A stretch of DNA of 64,000 nt from an uncultured virus (IMG/VR IMGVR_UViG_3300016469_000321). Its lineage: Duplodnaviria > Heunggongvirae > Uroviricota > Caudoviricetes. The stretch lies in IMG/VR virus record IMGVR_UViG_3300016469_000321; one strand, 5' to 3'. The notes under the pieces are model-generated. The model was not told the DNA's origin. It saw only the letters and a list, made by a program, of their open reading frames with translations, and searched no databases. This document shows positions 62,946-64,000 of this stretch, piece by piece. Every line of letters begins with the position of its first letter. Position 1 is the stretch's first letter. Position numbers and translations under genes: made by a program.

Positions 62946-64000
62946 TTAGATGTCTTCGATCCAGACGACGGACGCGCTCACGTCGCTCGCGTTCACGCTG
63001 TACGCGGTGATGGTGACGACGTCTCCCGCCTGCATGAACAGGGCGAGGTCGGTCACGCTCTCCGTGGTGTTGCCCGTCTTGTTGACGGAGAAGGCGTAGA
63101 CCTGCGTGCCGGATCCGATGGCGAACCCCGTCGCCGCAGAGTCGTAGTCCGCTGCGCTGGTGTTGGAGTTGACGCGCGCGAACTGAGGCGCGGTCAGCAC
63201 CCCGTTCTTGTAGACCTTGAAGTCCACGGTCTTCGTACCATCGCAGGCCACGCTGAAGCGGTCGATCTGAAGCTGCGCGGTCGAAAGCCGGTTGAGGTAC
63301 ACCGTGCTAGCGCGGACCGACAGCACGGGTGTTTCTGTCGCAGCGCCGATGCTCTTGGTCCCGATGGCGGCGAACTGCGCGCCGAGGAACTCAATCGGAC
63401 CCTCGACGAACGCGCCGCCAGATGCGCCGTACATCGTGACCGACGTGCCGGTGCCCGTGTTTTTAGATTCCCATGTCAGGTAGAGGTTCGGGTTCCGAAG
63501 GTTCGTGGACGTGCGCGTGTTGGCGTTCCGCACGACATGCACGAGCGTGGGTCGGCCCGTCGTCCCGTTGACGACGTAGAAGAAGGCGTCGCCGTAGCCG
63601 AGATACTGGAACTGCACGCCGTAGACGTTGCCCTTCGTGGGATCGAGGACGACCCGGCTAGGGCTGAACTGTCCGCCGTCCATGCGGTCCACGTTCCACG
63701 TCGACTGCGGAATGAACTGCTCGGTCGGGCTGACACCCGTCGTGAGGATAGCGAACGTGCCCGTCGCACCGCTGGTCCCAGGGTTGAACGTCGAGGCGCC
63801 CGCCGGCCCTGCGATCTTGCGGGTGAAGTAGACGACGTTCCCGACAGCGACCGCGTCCCATCCGCCCGCCGCGGCAGAGTAGTTGGCCGCCGCGATCTCG
63901 GCTGCGGTCACGCTAGTGTTCGCGCCGTTGGTGACCGGCACCGTCACGGCCGGGCCTCCATCAAGCGTCACCGTCACGTTCGTGGCGCTGCTCGCCTTGA
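62946..64000 (-). CDS. Tail fibre/spike-like structural protein, truncated by the window edge
   Basis: T/G/S/V-rich beta composition, 'FQYLGYG' motif; frame open to the edge. Confidence 0.65.
   Translation of the reverse strand, partial: KASSATNVTVTLDGGPAVTVPVTNGANTSVTAAEIAAANYSAAAGGWDAVAVGNVVYFTRKIAGPAGASTFNPGTSGATGTFAILTTGVSPTEQFIPQSTWNVDRMDGGQFSPSRVVLDPTKGNVYGVQFQYLGYGDAFFYVVNGTTGRPTLVHVVRNANTRTSTNLRNPNLYLTWESKNTGTGTSVTMYGASGGAFVEGPIEFLGAQFAAIGTKSIGAATETPVLSVRASTVYLNRLSTAQLQIDRFSVACDGTKTVDFKVYKNGVLTAPQFARVNSNTSAADYDSAATGFAIGSGTQVYAFSVNKTGNTTESVTDLALFMQAGDVVTITAYSVNASDVSASVVWIEDI

Overview
The window is a large part of a high-GC tailed-phage genome, probably a lytic podovirus-like phage. 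No integrase, tRNA, rRNA or CRISPR array was seen. Both edges cut minus-strand structural-type genes, consistent with a circularly permuted genome only slightly larger than the window. Layout: (1) a leftward virion block (1-24959) with major capsid, adaptor/nozzle-type tail genes, internal proteins and a 3441-aa polyvalent protein; (2) a divergent rightward packaging block (TerL, portal, scaffold; 25009-30571); (3) a lytic transglycosylase and an RNAP alpha-CTD-like protein; (4) a non-coding, repeat-rich probable terminus/origin followed by rightward early genes with sigma70-type promoters (34566-41197); (5) a leftward replication/recombination block (SF2 helicase, Cas4-like nuclease, Sak4-like ATPase, SSB-like, Dps-like, UDG-PolA fusion, Rad50-like ATPase, DUF927 helicase, TerS-like); (6) XRE regulator, HNH, C5 methyltransferase, endolysin and a tail-fibre-like gene. 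Most notable: a kinase-like domain plus two HEXXH domains in the giant virion protein; a TACCG-N3-CGGTA operator network over early and replication promoters; a candidate anti-Shine-Dalgarno sRNA; a nested +1-frame methyltransferase subunit; symmetric bidirectional extended -10 promoters; a structured capsid-gene leader; and no recognisable primase. All family calls come from motif recognition by eye, not database searches.
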